Positions 12,760-26,454 of a stretch of DNA of 64,000 nt are shown piece by piece. Position numbers and translations under genes: made by a program. The notes under the pieces were generated by a model. It ran no database searches and was not told the DNA's origin. It saw only the letters and a program-made list of their open reading frames with translations. How positions within the stretch are numbered: position 1 is the stretch's first letter; each line of letters opens with the position of its first letter. This DNA is from Sphyrna mokarran (lineage: Eukaryota): assembly GCA_024679065.1 (NCBI GenBank), contig JAGIQG010000003.1, positions 100,626,001-100,690,000 on the forward strand, written 5' to 3'.

Positions 12760-13140
12760 TGTTATTTTTATCGATTTCAATCAAACTATATATACTGGGA
12801 AAACCTGTCAGAGTTGATAGATATAATGCATGACTGCGTTATGACTAAGTACTAAAGGGAAGCCACATGAGGCAGTGTTCATCTTGACTGGATGTTCATA
12901 AACGAGTCAGACAATGTACAGAAAATAGAACTGCTAGTACTCCTTAGGGACAGTGACCACAGAATGATCAAGCTTAACATGATCCAAAACCAAACCATAC
13001 AAAGCCAGATTTATACCTTCCAAAGCGATGAGAAAAGAATTGAAACAAATGGATGGAGGAGAATATTTGCCAACATTTCAGTTCAAGGCAAATGGAAAAA
13101 AAAACCGCAACATCCAAGAAATGGATGTTAAGATAAATAA
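12760..13140 (+). mobile_element. Old CR1 ORF2 fragment (endonuclease C-terminus/linker)
   Basis: atcttgactggatgttcataaacgag (cf. LDLV..NE) and LRDSDHRMI (cf. LG.SDH.MI). Confidence 0.6.
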
Positions 13141-13344
13141 AGGATGACAACAATCTTTGCAAATCTTGCAGAAAGTAAAAAGGATCATTGGGATCACGTA
13201 AATTATTGGAAGACTGGGAGCACACCAGAAAAAACATATCTGCAGAATAAGAAAGTTTTCCTTGTGAAGGAGTTCTATCAGAGAAAAATGCAAAGTGGCT
13301 TAAAACCAATGATGAGCATTAAAAATTCTTCCAAAAGTACTGAA

Positions 13345-14385
13345 TTGGCAGGAAAACTGATCTAAATCCCAGTTGTTTTGGCAGTTCAGCTTCTCACCTG
13401 AATCTCCGCACTCTGTGCATTGCAGAGGTTCCAGTTGTGAATCTCACTAAAAATCCAAGGGGCGGGACCTATTTGCCCCAGAGTCTGACAGCCCTGGAAA
13501 TCTGTGCATGTGCAGCGATTCCAATCTTTCAGAATACCCATTTGTTGGCCAGCCTGCTCGCTGGCCAGCTTGGCACCAGTTCACCAGTGCTGTCCCTCCA
13601 GACCCCCCGATGGGGTGATCGCAATCCAACAACAATTCCCAGGCCAGCTCTGACTATCCACCCAGCCCTGGACTGGCCCGATGTCCAGCCCCCATCTCCT
13701 CACCCCAACAGACTCCTCTCCCCCCAGCTGACCCCCTCCAAGAGGCAGACCTCCTGGCAGACTAACTACCCAGCCCGCCCCAATCACTGCCCTCCCTCTA
13801 TCCCACCATGATCCTGTTTGCAGAGTGGCAGCAGGACCCCTGCATCCCCACAGATTGCCCCTCAGTCCTACCCACAATAGCCCTCACACTTTGGCACTGC
13901 CCAATGCCTACTTGGGCAGTGCCAAAGTGCCCCTAGGCATGGACATTTTGCCCTTGGATAGTGCTGAGGATACAGAACTGACATTGTCAGGGTGTCCATG
14001 CCCAGGGGGCACCCTCCACCATCCAATAACCTGGGGGGCCCCGATTGCCCCCCTTCATTCCGACGGGATCTCCCACTACTTCCCCAAATGTGGGGAGCTA
14101 ATCTGAATCCACTCCTGGAAGGGTGGGGAATTAGGTTCGGGAGCTGAAAGTTCCCAATAATAACTTGCTAAATATATTTGAAATACATTTAAAAAAGATT
14201 CAAATGACTTACCTGCCTTCCCGCCAGTTCCCAGCATGGTCTGAATGGCGATTGTTTATTGGCTCTGGGATATGCGCATGCATTCCTGGTGCACACGCAA
14301 TTCCCAGAACAAGGCCAGCAACATGCGTCTCCCATCTCGATCTATCAGAAAAGTTGTGAATCACGTTGGGAGCATCGCGGCCTAA
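13345..14385. mobile_element. GC-rich non-autonomous DNA transposon, probably PIF/Harbinger-derived
   Basis: Abrupt GC/CpG-rich block with C-rich cccccgatc-type motifs and ggcactgcc/ggcagtgcc palindromes. Ends gggagcatcgcggcc-taa. Related blocks occur at 30.4-31.2 kb and 54.5-55.4 kb. Confidence 0.55.
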
Positions 14386-14592
14386 GTGTGAAATACTACT
14401 TCCTTAAAATATTCACAGACAAAGTCATGCACAACACACTACATGATGAAAATATGTAACATGGATATTGTTTCAGGGTTCAATATAAATGAGAATTAAA
14501 TTTAAGGTAAGTTGATCCCTAGACAAATATCTGGTTAAATGGGATTTATCCCACATTGTTGAGAGAGATTAGTGAGGAAGCATTAATAACCA

Positions 14593-14800
14593 GGTTGTGC
14601 AGGTTAGGTGGATTGGTCTTACTAAATTGCTCCTTACTGTTTCAAGATATGTAAGTTCGATGGATTAGTCATGGGAAATATGTGGGCTTACGGGGATAGG
14701 GCGGGGGAGAGAGCTTGGATAAAATACTCTATCAGACAGTCAGTGTAGATTTGATGGGCCAAATGGCCTCTTTTGCACAGAAGGGATTCTTTGATTATAT
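14593..14800 (+). mobile_element. HE1 V-SINE 3' half
   Basis: tgtgcaggttaggtggattgg...gatgggccaaatggcctc...gggattctttgatt tail. Confidence 0.85.
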
Positions 14801-15639
14801 GGGAATCAATGGACGCTGAGAAAAAACCAGTAAATAGGAAGAAGTGACAAACAGGCACAGGTAATGACAAAGATCATCACTTCTGTTCATGGTACAATTA
14901 ATGGTATAATAGACAAACTAACAGTGGTCAACATAGTTTTTAATAAAGAAGATCCTGGCTGATTAACTACCTTGATGTCAAGGCCCACCGCTGCTGCTAA
15001 TTTAAATCACAGACTTGGGGCTAATTTTATTATTTGGTGGTGATGTAGGCTGGGTGGTAGCTGATTGGTTACCCATTATGCAAAACACCTGATATTCCTT
15101 TCCATTAATTCAAGGAATTCTCAAAGTCAATTCAAATTTGTTAAATTTCAGAGGCTACAAAACTGGACTACATCAGAAATTATAACGTGAGCTAATCAAA
15201 ATGTGTGAATGGACCAAATAATTAATATGAAACTTAATGCAAACAAGCTGGATAAAGAAAAGATAATATACATATTTTATAAAAAGTACTTACGAAGTTA
15301 AAGGAGTAGACCTAATGCTCAACATTGTTGAGCTAATGCGAAACAGCAATCAACAATGATAATTAAATGTTGAACAATACAGTCTAAACAGTACAATGCT
15401 TTGGTCAGAACTTACTTTTGTACTGTGTCTGAATGTGATAACTGAGGAGCAATTGAAGTATTCAAGCACTGGAGGCAGTGCAGAGGAGACCAATAACATT
15501 GATCCACAGGCCCAAATTTTAACCATTCCGCCCAAAACAGGAACTGGAGAGGGCGAGGAGCGGATGATGGAGTGATCTGTCGACCCTGGATGGGATTTTA
15601 TAATTCTGGGACGACTGAAGCCGTAAATCAGGTTTTGAG

Positions 15640-15995
15640 TAAAGATTGGAGAGACTTGGGCTTTTCATCACAGAAAGGAGGCTTCTGAGGGGTAATCTTA
15701 TAAAGGGAGTTGAGATAGTGAAGTGTGTGAAAATGACTGATTTAGACCATTATTTTAAATTAAACAGTGGGAGTAAGGCAACAAGCACAAGTTTAAACAA
15801 ACAAGGGATACATTTAGGATTAGGGATTAAGCAGTTCCTCGCAGGGAGAATGATCTACGCTTTTGGAATGGATTTATAGACAGAGTACTGGAGATGATAA
15901 GCCTTAGAATAGCTTAAATCAGGGCAATGTGGGTTGTTCTGACTGGATGAAATGAGTTAGCCGAATGACCTTCCTTATTTGTTAAATATTTTGTT
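15640..15995 (+). mobile_element. Old CR1 3' fragment
   Basis: ORF reads ERLGLFITERRLLRGNLI; a degenerate 3' UTR follows. Confidence 0.7.
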
Positions 15996-18189
15996 CTCTT
16001 AAAAAAAACTATAACATAATTGAGAAGAAATCCAAATACTTTAGTATGTGATTCATGAAAATAAGAAAATATGCCTTCTTGCAGAGGTAGTGAAGAAATT
16101 AATTGTGTGATAAATCAGACTGTAGGTGTTTCATTAGCACTGATGTATATGGTGGCGATTTATTTATGAATAAATCTTAACATTTAGGTGGTAAAATTTA
16201 ATACAAAGATACTGTAACCGTTTAATGTAGTGTCGATCGGAAACCACAGTAATTTAAATTAGTTATTTTAGGCTGCAAATTAACCAACAAACTCTTGGTT
16301 TATGACAAGTATATCAACCAGAGTAACCCCACCTTGTCTTTATGTCACACCAGTGGTATACTATTTAAAATTAACACAATGAGGTTAATGGTAACTGAGA
16401 TAGGAATATGTTTCACTTTTTAGATCAGCCCATTCTGCTGAATATTCTTAAATAAAAAAGCTGATAAATTCCAATAATTATTATCAACCTCCCAATCAAA
16501 TACAAAAAATAATATCCGGGAAGATTTAGAAAGAAAATATAATGATATTTCTTAGTTTTACCTCCAGCAGTTTTGGACATTGACATTAACAGATATGGTT
16601 AACTTTTCATAATCTCTAATTTTCTCCTTCTAAAGACACCAATACTGTTGGAATATCGTGCCTTGGGCATCATGCACCCTTTAATGCCTTGTCCAAGCGA
16701 GTATTACCCATGCTTGAGCTGTGTTTTACATCCTTCTGCTGCAAGACTTTTCTAAATGTCAGGGAGAGTAGGGGTTGACCTTTGTAGAATGGTCAGTAGT
16801 TTCTGGAATAATTTTTTTCTAGATAAAGCAGAAAAGTAATTGAGACAGATGTCATGGTAATTGACACTATACCACTTACGACCTTTGTCTTTAATTGCAC
16901 ATTTTCAAGAAACACATCTTGGTCTTCATTAAGACATTGAGCAAGAAACTTATTGGGATTGAATAATAGTTGAGTCTTAATATTGAACACTTTCGTGTCA
17001 AGTTATTTGTAACTTACATCATTATTGATCTTGTCATGTAACATCTTAGGTTTATATGAGTTGTATTTTTATACCGATGTCTCTGTTACATAAAAGGTCA
17101 CAACTCAAACTCACTTTTACATGTTTTTGTATTGCAAGTGTTACGTTGTGCTATGCCATAAGAAACAGCAGTGTGAGAATTTACCCAGAACCATAGCGCA
17201 AGCCCAATTAATCAGTGGACTGATGCTGAAGATGGCTGCATGAACTTTCGATAAGGTATTAGAATTATTCATTGGAGTGTGACAAAGTCTCAACAATTCC
17301 AGTATTGGTGCTCTCCTACAAGAGACAAAAACTGTTACACTCAGACATATGCAGGCAGGCAGGCATTTCATCACGAGAAAAGGTTATTGAATTAATTGGA
17401 CAAGGGAATTGATAAATTGTTCCATTGCCCTTGTTAAAATGAATGAAAATAAAAAAAAGTATTGAACTGTTCATGCTGCATACAAAGCTTATTGGAGAAA
17501 GTTGGTCACCTATGAAGCTTGAAGAAAATAAGAACTGGGAAACTACAAAATATAAAGTACTACCCATGCAAGTCTTCTCAGCATTTCCATTTTTATTGTA
17601 ATATTTCTATCATTTTGTACTAATTGGATGTTATAACACAGAAACAAAATGAACATTGATGCAAAAATAAAAACTTTTTTGAAATACTAAAAGCCTTTTA
17701 TATTTATTCTAATAGTTATGATGCTCAGAATTTACAATAAAATATGATTATCTATGTACGCTCATGTTATTAGTGTAAAATGTTGAATATAGTTGATTTA
17801 CACTTGCAATTCCAATGTCATTTTTTGTCTCCTTGTTATGACCAATTCCTGCCATAAATTCTATATCTTTTTCTTTCAGAATATCGTATTGTGGTGACCA
17901 TATAGTCATAAAGTCACCTAATTTTTTTGTCATTTAAGTCACTGAAGATAAATATCAGGTGATGTACATAATGACTGGATAATTGGATGCTGCCAGTATT
18001 CCACCAAATACAAAATTAGAAAGCCTACACTGAGCCTGATGTAATGTTTTCACATTTTTCAAAGGGGATATAATGATCTTGTGAATGTTACATAAATTAT
18101 ACCAGTAATGATACAATTTGGTTAGCGATCAGTAATTTTACTTTTGAAGTGGCTGAAGTTTAAAATTCCAACTACGTACTAAGAGAGTT

Positions 18190-18350
18190 AAGAACAAAGA
18201 ACAAAGAACAAAACAGCGCAGGAAACAGGCTCTTCGACCCAATGAGCCTGCATCGCCATTTTAAGATTCCCATTTCCACCCATGACCCTTGTCTATGTTT
18301 ACGGAAATCTGCATTGGAGCCAATTTGGAGAGACAATTTAGGGACAATTT
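18190..18350 (-). mobile_element. 3' tail of CR1-mobilised element, (ttctttg)n tail
   Basis: aagaacaaagaacaaagaacaaaacagcgcaggaaacaggctcttcg, homologous to 24068-24225. Confidence 0.8.
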
Positions 18351-19734
18351 ATTAAGCTATAAGATTAAATGGGTTTAAACAAACATAGCCATTTTTACTA
18401 TACAAGAATCAACAAAGCAAACACTCAATAAAATCTACCTTATTATTCACTCTTATTATTCAGAATTAAAGGGAAATGTTATGTGGCAGACAACAACCAA
18501 GATAATTCCATTAAATTCTCTCAGAAACCCACCCGAACTTCAGGGGTTTGTGTAATTCACAAAAATCTGATAACCTTTGTTTTCCTCACGAAGAATTTCA
18601 GCTCTTCTCTTTTGAGGTTATAGCCTCTGATTTCCCTCAACAGCAGCTCAAACTCAGCCTGGAGGTCCTTTTGCTTCTTCTGTCTACAATGTGTTATCAG
18701 GCAACCAGACTCCAGCTCAGACTGCAAATACGACTGCTCATCTGCCAACTATTCAATCACTTCATCTGAAGTGATTGTGTCCCATTTGTTTGACCAGGCT
18801 GCACAAAAACTTCTAACCACCTGTACAAGCCCAACTATCTAGTTGCACTGAATAGACTACCATGAGCTTCTCTTTGTCTCAACTGCCACTTTCATGGAGA
18901 AGACAACTTCACCTCAGTTTCATTAGCCTATCAACTGATCCTGGACTTCTTGAACCCAAAACTCCTCAGCAACAATGGGATACCAATACTCCTTGACTTC
19001 TCGCACCCCAGCTACAAAGAACTACTCACAGCTTTTCAGTTGCCATCTCTTCAGCTCTGGACTAATTTTGTGTCATGGTTTGCACCCCAAGCTCTTGGTT
19101 CCATGGTTGCCACCCTCTCTCAGTAGGCTATCAAAGGGAATCTAACAACCAACCATATGTGATCCCTGCCACCCTCTGCACTTGCAGTGGAACCATAGGC
19201 ATGTGAGGAGTCATAGTCCTTCAACCAGGATGAGGTCTCTATGCCAAAAATGGACTAAAACAACCTATGAATATAAATCCATCATTAAATGCAATTATGA
19301 CATTAATATTGAACACTGGTTTCAAATGATTGTAATAGAAAAGAACATGATAGATTTTGCCATTTTCATTTGATAAGTTTATATATCATGTCATTTCAAA
19401 GGTTACAATTAAACCTTCCACTGAGACAGTGAGCATTGGCTGTATAGGTAGCCATCATAACAGAGTCTAATTCTGTTCTAGGTGAATCCTATATGATTGA
19501 AGCAATTGAATCAGAAGCAGACAAACTGTGTGATGCTTTTTAATATACTGTGGTTTCAAGGCACTGAAGATACTTGTAGTATTTATAATGCTGATCTGTC
19601 CAAGATCAGCTAATTCAACATGGAAAACATATAGACACTCAGACTTTCCTGTTCTGCATCACTTGGTTCCTCACTGCCTCAGTTGGTATAAGCATTGATC
19701 ATCAGGCAAGCAGAATCACCTAGGTGAATAACTC

Positions 19735-20025
19735 CTGAGAATCCTTGCAGTGTAGAAAGAGGCCATCCAGCCCACTGAGTCTGCATTGACTTTCTGACAG
19801 AGCATCTTACCCAAGCTCACCATGTGCACTCTTACCTGTGCATTTACCATGACCAGTCCACCAAACCTGCATACCTTTGAACTGTGGGAGGAAACTGGAG
19901 TACCCGGAGGAACCCACACAGACATGGGGAGAACATGCAAGGACATGTCGCCCAAGGCCATAACCAATTCAGTATCCCTGGTGCTATGAGGCAGCTGTGC
20001 TAATCATTGTGCAACTATGCCACTC
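19735..20025 (-). mobile_element. HE1 V-SINE
   Basis: Inverse head, V-domain (tgtgggaggaaactggagtacccggaggaacccacacagac) and CR1-type tail. Confidence 0.9.
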
Positions 20026-21379
20026 ATAAAGTTGCAAGTAAACATATTTAAGCTTTGTGATGATGCTTCCATTTAGTGAATTTAATTTTCAGTTGATTTT
20101 AAGTTGAAGATGACTGTTGGATACCATCTTGAGGCCCAATATTTTGTGATATAATTAGAAAATTAAGCCTCTGTAAAGTGGAAGTCTGAAGTAAAAACAA
20201 GTTTGTTGAAAACTCCTACCAGATCCCAGACTTTTCAGCAACAAGCACAATCACTCCATGGGCTGTAGTGCTTCAAGAAGTGAGTTTCCACCACTTGTTG
20301 AGCAATAAATGCTGGTCTTACCAAAAAGGGATAAGACAACTTAATGTTCAATATGCAACTTTTGTTGGCAGAGTTATTTTGAATGGCAATGATAAATATA
20401 TTTAATTCTGAGCACATATATTTCAAAATTGAGTTTTGAAGATGCTATTGTAGGTATAATATAGAATATTTGATTAAATAACTGATGCATCAACCTTATA
20501 TTTATGGTTATCAAACACAAATGTTTCTGTTTTAAAAATATTATCAATGAATGTTCGTTGTAACACTAATATTGATGAGATGGTTAAGAAAGAAATGGTT
20601 GCATTTGTAGAACGTATTTTTTGTAAGTTAATATAAATAGATTTTATTTTAATTAAAGATTTTTTTCACTTTGAAATTGAAACATCCAGTGGTCAATGTG
20701 TTAATAATGGCTCCATAAATTTTAATTAAGGGAGTTTACTTCAGTTGTTTTTCATTGAAATCCCGTTAATTGGAAGTCTACATGAAAATTGGTGAGTATG
20801 TCTCAAAGGAAAGCTAAGCCCTAATTATAACTGTGTGAGCTGAAAGGCTTTTCACCTCTGAAGTCAGTTTTTGGTATTGTCCAACAGAGAGAACTGCTGT
20901 TCCTACAAACTACATACAGGATCTTAGACCGGGAAACACAGAACTTCACTGCTGTGTCACACAATTGGTTATCGACAGGTGATAATGTAAACAAATTGAT
21001 AAACTTCACAGGGCAGACATTTTGTCTTGAAGCAAATTTCCTTCTTTTTACTATTAATATTAATTTATCTGGAATAATACGTATTAAATTCAAGGATTAC
21101 AAGATTTGGTTGCATGGAGCCTGTTTTCTGGCACTGCTGGTGCCGTTTTGTGAACCACTACAATGGAATTTTGGTGAGGACATTAACGCTTTTCAAGAGT
21201 ATCCATTGGAAGTGTGTGGAGCAGGCAGATTATGACAATCAGGACTAAATGCTGAATTGACACCAACTTTCCAGAAAATGCCTTTTCTGACAAATGCACA
21301 GCTGAACACACATTCAGCAGCATGAGAGGCTCCACCACCAGCATTGTTTAAACTGATCAGCAATTACCTTTGGATTAGT

Positions 21380-21960
21380 TATAGATAGCAGGGCAGGTTG
21401 ATAAAGTGGGTAAGAAGAGATATGGAACACTTTCCCTTCTTTGCTGAGGAGATCAAAGTGGTTATGCTGGAGCTATCTCAAACCCCAGCTCAGGCACAAC
21501 ATGAGCACAGCATGAAATTCTGGTTATCCCCTTACAGAAAAGAAGTTAATTGCATTACAGAAGGTACAGACGAGATTCATGAGTATGTTGCCAGGACGAG
21601 AAAATTACAGCCATTAGAAAAGGCTGGGCTTGTTTTCCTTGGCTGGGGGAAGGTGGACAGGGTTATGACGAGGCTGCTTTGAATGGATGTGAAGAACCTA
21701 CTTCACTTAACAGACAGTTAAGGACCAGGGGTTTTGTAGGAGGAATAGAGAGGAGATGAGGAAAAATATTTTGATCCAGAGGGTTGCAGATGTGTAAAAC
21801 TCACTAGGTGAAACCCTCAACACTTTTAAAAGCGTCTGAATTTGTTCATGGAGTAAACTTCCAGAGCTATGGACCAAGTACTGAAAAATGGGATTAGGCT
21901 GAGTGGATAGTTTTTGGCTGGTGCAGGCATGATGGGCAGAGTGACCTCCTTCTATGCCTT
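21380..21960 (+). mobile_element. Old CR1 3' fragment
   Basis: EHSMKFWLSPYRKEV-like motif and gatgggcagagtgacctcct 3' UTR. A second short CR1 tail lies at about 22000-22115. Confidence 0.7.
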
Positions 21961-22503
21961 AAATTATTTTACATTTCCTTAATATCTGGGAAGAAAAAAT
22001 ATGCAGGGATATGGGAAATGATGTGGAATTAGCAGTAAGTGAATTGCTCCTTAGGAGGACTGGAACAGACATGATGGGCTGCAGGGCCTTCTTCTGTGCT
22101 GTAACAATTCTATGTTTGATTTTGACTAGCTTTTCCGATGATTGTTTGGTTGTTTCTAGAGTACTTGAGAGTTGCTTAAGTCTACAGGGAGTAGTAAGGC
22201 AGGTACTAAAGAATCTTTTCTTGAACTGAAGTCTTCTGCACAAAACAATTGGCTCTAGACATGGATGGAATAGTATGCATTTTCCTTTGACTCATGCATG
22301 AGTGAGAATGAACAGAAGTGACACAGAGCAAGTTGCATTGCTGGAAGAAGAAGGGTGGGAATGCAAGTCTCTCAGAGCAGGAGGTCATATCCATCCAGGT
22401 TGTTTAGGGAACAACTCTCTAATCTGAGCCTGAGTGAGAAACAATCACAGAAATCTTCTTGTCCCACCCACAGCAGGAATCACTGCAGATGAGCTGGAGA
22501 ATT

Positions 22504-22845
22504 CATAGAATCCCTACTCTACAGGGAAAGGCCATTCAGCCCATTGAATCTGTATTGACTCTCTGACAGACATTCTATCCAGATCCTTTCCCTGTAACCC
22601 CATGTATTTACCTCACTAAGCCCCCTTAACCTATACATTTTGGGGCACGAAGGGACAATTTAGCATGGCCAATTTACCTAACCTCCACATCTTTACGCTG
22701 TGGGAGGAAACTGGAGCAACTAGAGGAAATCCATTCTGACACAGGGAGAATGTGCAAACTCCACACAGACTGGGACCCAAGCCAGGAATTGAACCTAGGT
22801 CTCTGGCAGTGAGACGGCAGTGCTAACCACTGTGCCACTGTGCTA
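22504..22845 (-). mobile_element. HE1 V-SINE, near full length
   Basis: catagaatccc tail, then gcatggccaatttacctaacc, then gtgctaaccactgtgccac head, all in inverse orientation. Confidence 0.92.
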
Positions 22846-22989
22846 TCATGCAACTATTAGAATGCTTGAACATTTCCTGTGGTATAAAAATTGGGCAAGA
22901 ATGTCTGACAATTTGCATTTGTACTTTCTCAGGCAAACAAAACATCCGTTGAGCTTGGTTGGAAATTTCCAGTCCTGGGATGGATGTGA

Positions 22990-23135
22990 TTGGAACATCT
23001 TGCCCGATTCGTTAGATGTCATCACTTCATTAAGGAAATCTTTGCCGAAATCTGCTGCCTACTGCAACTTCAGAGTAGGGCAATGATGGCATTTCTTGCA
23101 GTTATGCAGGTGACTGTGGCCATAAACCTTTTTGG
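22990..23135 (+). mobile_element. PIF/Harbinger (HARBI1-like) transposase N-terminal relic
   Basis: FIKEIFAEICCLLQLQSRAMMAFLAVMQVTVAINLF resembles Harbinger transposase FSKE.V.EIC.LL...ALPVAVKVTVALNF. Confidence 0.55.
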
Positions 23136-24067
23136 GCTGGAGCAGGCAATATTTGTAACAGTGACGGAGACTGTCAGTACTCCTTCAGGACAATCTTGGG
23201 CAACTTTGTACCCAGAAGGTATCCACTGCAGCATCTATCACAGGCAGCAGCAGTATACGTAGGTTGTTTGACAGGCCACTGCAAGAGCATAGGGACAGAG
23301 AGACATAGCAGGACGCTAGTCTATGTTTCATATACCATGAATCTCAACAATCCTGCCAACGTTTTGGAGGACAGATTGTAGGAGTGATCTGACATTCTGA
23401 ACAGTTTTGAACACTGGTATCTCCAGCCATAAGATGGCAACACTCTGAGCCTTCACCGCAGCAAGCTAAACTTGCATGACTTCATTCTGAGTTCCCACTG
23501 TGATAGCCAAGCCTGAAATGAGAACGGCATGAACTTAGGGTCGTGCTGACATGGGGGTGGAACAAACAAACATTTATTTCATGCTCATATCATCCGCAGC
23601 TTGTAAACCAGAAGAAATTGTGAGATGAGGGGCAAGTGGGATATGAAAAGGAAGATATGAGCACGCTATTATCTTTGTGACACATCACTGCTATGCCCTC
23701 AGTGATGGTTATTCCAATGATGTCTCCTGCATTAGAGTAAGGAGCTGCAGTCATGCTTGGCCCCTGCTGGTTGGGTGTGGCTGTCTTCAGTTATGCACTG
23801 CCTTGATCTGTGACAGATAGGGAAGTGTGTCAGGGACTGTGGTATTTGGGTGATATGGCCATGATTGAATAACCAGCAAAAGATGCAAACTATGACATGT
23901 AGGTGTGAAATTTACAGCTGAGCTCATGCATGAGAGTGGGGCGAAGTTAATGAATGTGAGTACGAGTTGTGATTGCTAGAAACTATAGATGGGTGAGCGA
24001 TGGAATGAATTGAGCAGAATGTGGGATGAGTGGTTCAGTAGGTGGGATGCTTGTGGATGTATTCAAA

Positions 24068-24870
24068 GAATAAAGAACAAAGAACAAAACAGCATGGGAA
24101 ACAGGCTCTTTGGTCCAACGAGCCCGCGCTGTCACCCCGATGTTGCCACCTCTACCTGTGATCCCTGTATATGTTTATAAATCTATGGATTAAAAACCAA
24201 ATTTGAGACAATTTAGGGAGAATTTGTTTTGCCAATTAGCCTAAGAGCACATCTTTGGGATGTGGGAGGAAACCGGAGCTCCCGGAGAAAACCCACGCAA
24301 GCACGGGGAGAATGCGCAAACTCCCACAGACACAGGCCCAAATCCATGTATCTGCACAGCACAGCGATAGTCACTGAGCTGTCGTGTTGCCCATCAAATG
24401 GTCCAGGTCAAGCGTACACTAACGACGTGAAGTACTAGGATACTCTCGAAAAAATCCAAGAGCAGCCCTCTCATGACTCATCACGTGTATGCCCCTTGTT
24501 AGACAACAAGGTGGACCAAAGCACCTGTGGGATAAAAACAAGTACATCAATATCATCATCTATTTACACCAGGGACTCCCAACGCTCATGATGCCTATTT
24601 TAAATCAGTTTTCTATACCCCTCCATTTCCATTCTGTTCATGTGCCCATCTAAGTATTTCTTAAATAATTCCAGAGTGCCTACCTCCACCACTTTACTTG
24701 GCAGCGCATTCCATACCCCATCACCCTCTGTGTGAAAAAACTCCCTCTAGCACCAAATTATGTCTTACCCCCCTCACCCTAAGCCCGTGACCCCTCATGG
24801 TTTTTGAGTCCATCCTAGGAAAAAGCTTAACCCTGTTTACTCTATCTATACCCCTCATAATCTTATACAC
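24068..24870 (-). mobile_element. CR1 3' end + unique spacer + V-SINE body + (ttctttg)n tail
   Basis: 24600-24870 is the inverse CR1 ORF2 end, 24225-24395 the inverse V-domain and degenerate head, and 24068-24225 the tail shared with 18190-18350. Confidence 0.8.
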
Positions 24871-24889
24871 TGAACCTAATCTCATGTTT

Positions 24890-25060
24890 TTTTTTATTCA
24901 TTTGTAGAACATGGGCATCATTGGCTGGCCAGCATTTATTGCCCATCTCTAGTTGCTAAGGGCATTTAAGAGTCACTCAGGTTGCTGTGGCTCGAGTGTC
25001 ACATGTAGGCCAGACTAGGTGAAGATGGCAGATTTTCTTTCTTAAAGGAGATTAGTGAAT
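24890..25060 (-). mobile_element. SINE 3' part (tentatively MetaSINE-like) sharing its tail with a CR1-group LINE
   Basis: Inverse of cctttaagaaagaaaatctgccatcttcacctagtctggcctacatgtgac...gggcaataaatgctggccagcc. The same tail ends the LINE fragments at 35.6, 38.5 and 44.2 kb. Confidence 0.75.
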
Positions 25061-26197
25061 GGATGAGATGATTGAACATTTTGTGATGCTGGATCCAGAT
25101 CCTCACAACTTGATTTCTATCCTTGACCATCATCTAACCATATTCGCATTCCCAAAGTTTGACTGGTGGCTCCCTCAGGACAGATGATCTCCCTCCCCTC
25201 TTCACTTTCTGCATCCAAGGGTCTTCTGGAACATTTGGAGCCCTCTCTTTACCATGTTGTGTTATTCTGGTGTCTTTTCCAGGTCAAGCTCACTTTTGCA
25301 ATGACTTCCAACACTTGCTCCAGCCCAAACATGCAGCTGCTCAACATTGCACTGAGTGCAATCTACATGCTCCAATCTTTCGATTGAGCAGGTAGCACAA
25401 GGTTATTGATTCTTATCCAATTTCACTGCGAAATAGTTTCTTTCACAATTAATTTATATAGGTTGACTGTATCCAATACAGGAAGTGCCCGTGACTTTAA
25501 AAATCTTGCATCTTGTTACACATTTACTGCAGAAAGTGGAAAAAGGGTAAGATGCAATATAAAAATTATGTGCAAACAGGATGAGCTGCCTGACAGTTAG
25601 AATTTGGATTATTGCTTGTTTCACTGAGGACTGTAATTAAATTTGCATTGGTGACATGTATCCAATTCTTCAACTCTGGATATAATTTAGCAATTATTGT
25701 TTTACACAGATGCAAAATGAGCTGATGTATAATTTTCCTTGAAGGATTATGTTAATGAGATAAGGTATGTTTCCCAAGACCTAAGTAACCGATCCAGAGA
25801 CTAGTCAATTAAAGTTGACATGCTATGATTAAGGTCCCTTTGGCCAGTTGGCAGTGAATTTTGAATAATGACTTGTGCCAAATGTACATATTTCTCAACT
25901 GTTGGCACAAAGAATATTCAATTTACACTTATTTACATTTATAATAAATTGGAAATATTAAAGAATATTCTTAATAACAAATTTGAACACTTAATAACAA
26001 ATTTAGATCTTGCGATATGAACTTTTTTCATTGCTTGTGGTTTCGTAGTTAAGACAAATATGGTTCCTTGGTCCTTTGGTTTAGTATCTTGAGATGCACC
26101 ATAGAATTAACCTGGCCTATTTCTCATGTTCATACCAATTCTTGCTATCTGTTTTTTAAAAAGAGTTTTCGTGGTTGTTGTTGAGACGCAACATATT

Positions 26198-26428
26198 AAG
26201 GGCTTGGTTTAACACAGTTGGCTGGACAGCTAATTAGTGATGTAGAATAATGCCAACAGCACAAGTTCAGTTCTATACCAGCTGAGGTTATTCATGAAAG
26301 CCTGCCTTCTCAACCTTGCCCCTTGCCTGAGGTATGGTGATCCACAGGTTAAATCACCATCAGTCAGCTCTCCTGCTCAAAGAGGAGAGCAGCCCATGGT
26401 CATCTGGGTCTATGGTGACTTTACCTTC
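26198..26428 (+). mobile_element. tRNA-derived SINE (second family)
   Basis: Head gggcttggtttaacacagttggct...caagttcagttc with A/B-box-like spacing; ends ctatggtgactttacctt. Confidence 0.65.
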
Positions 26429-26454
26429 TCATTAAAATATTTTAGTGCCCAATT

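Noticed and set aside
13437-14106. Pro-rich and Gly-rich ORFs (also 30454-31246 and 54548-55382)
   Set aside because: They arise from C/G-skewed non-autonomous transposon sequence, are open on both strands, and show no domain or splice context.
18540-19100. Possible Penelope ORF N-terminal relic
   Set aside because: Only a vague compositional resemblance, with no RT or GIY-YIG motif readable.
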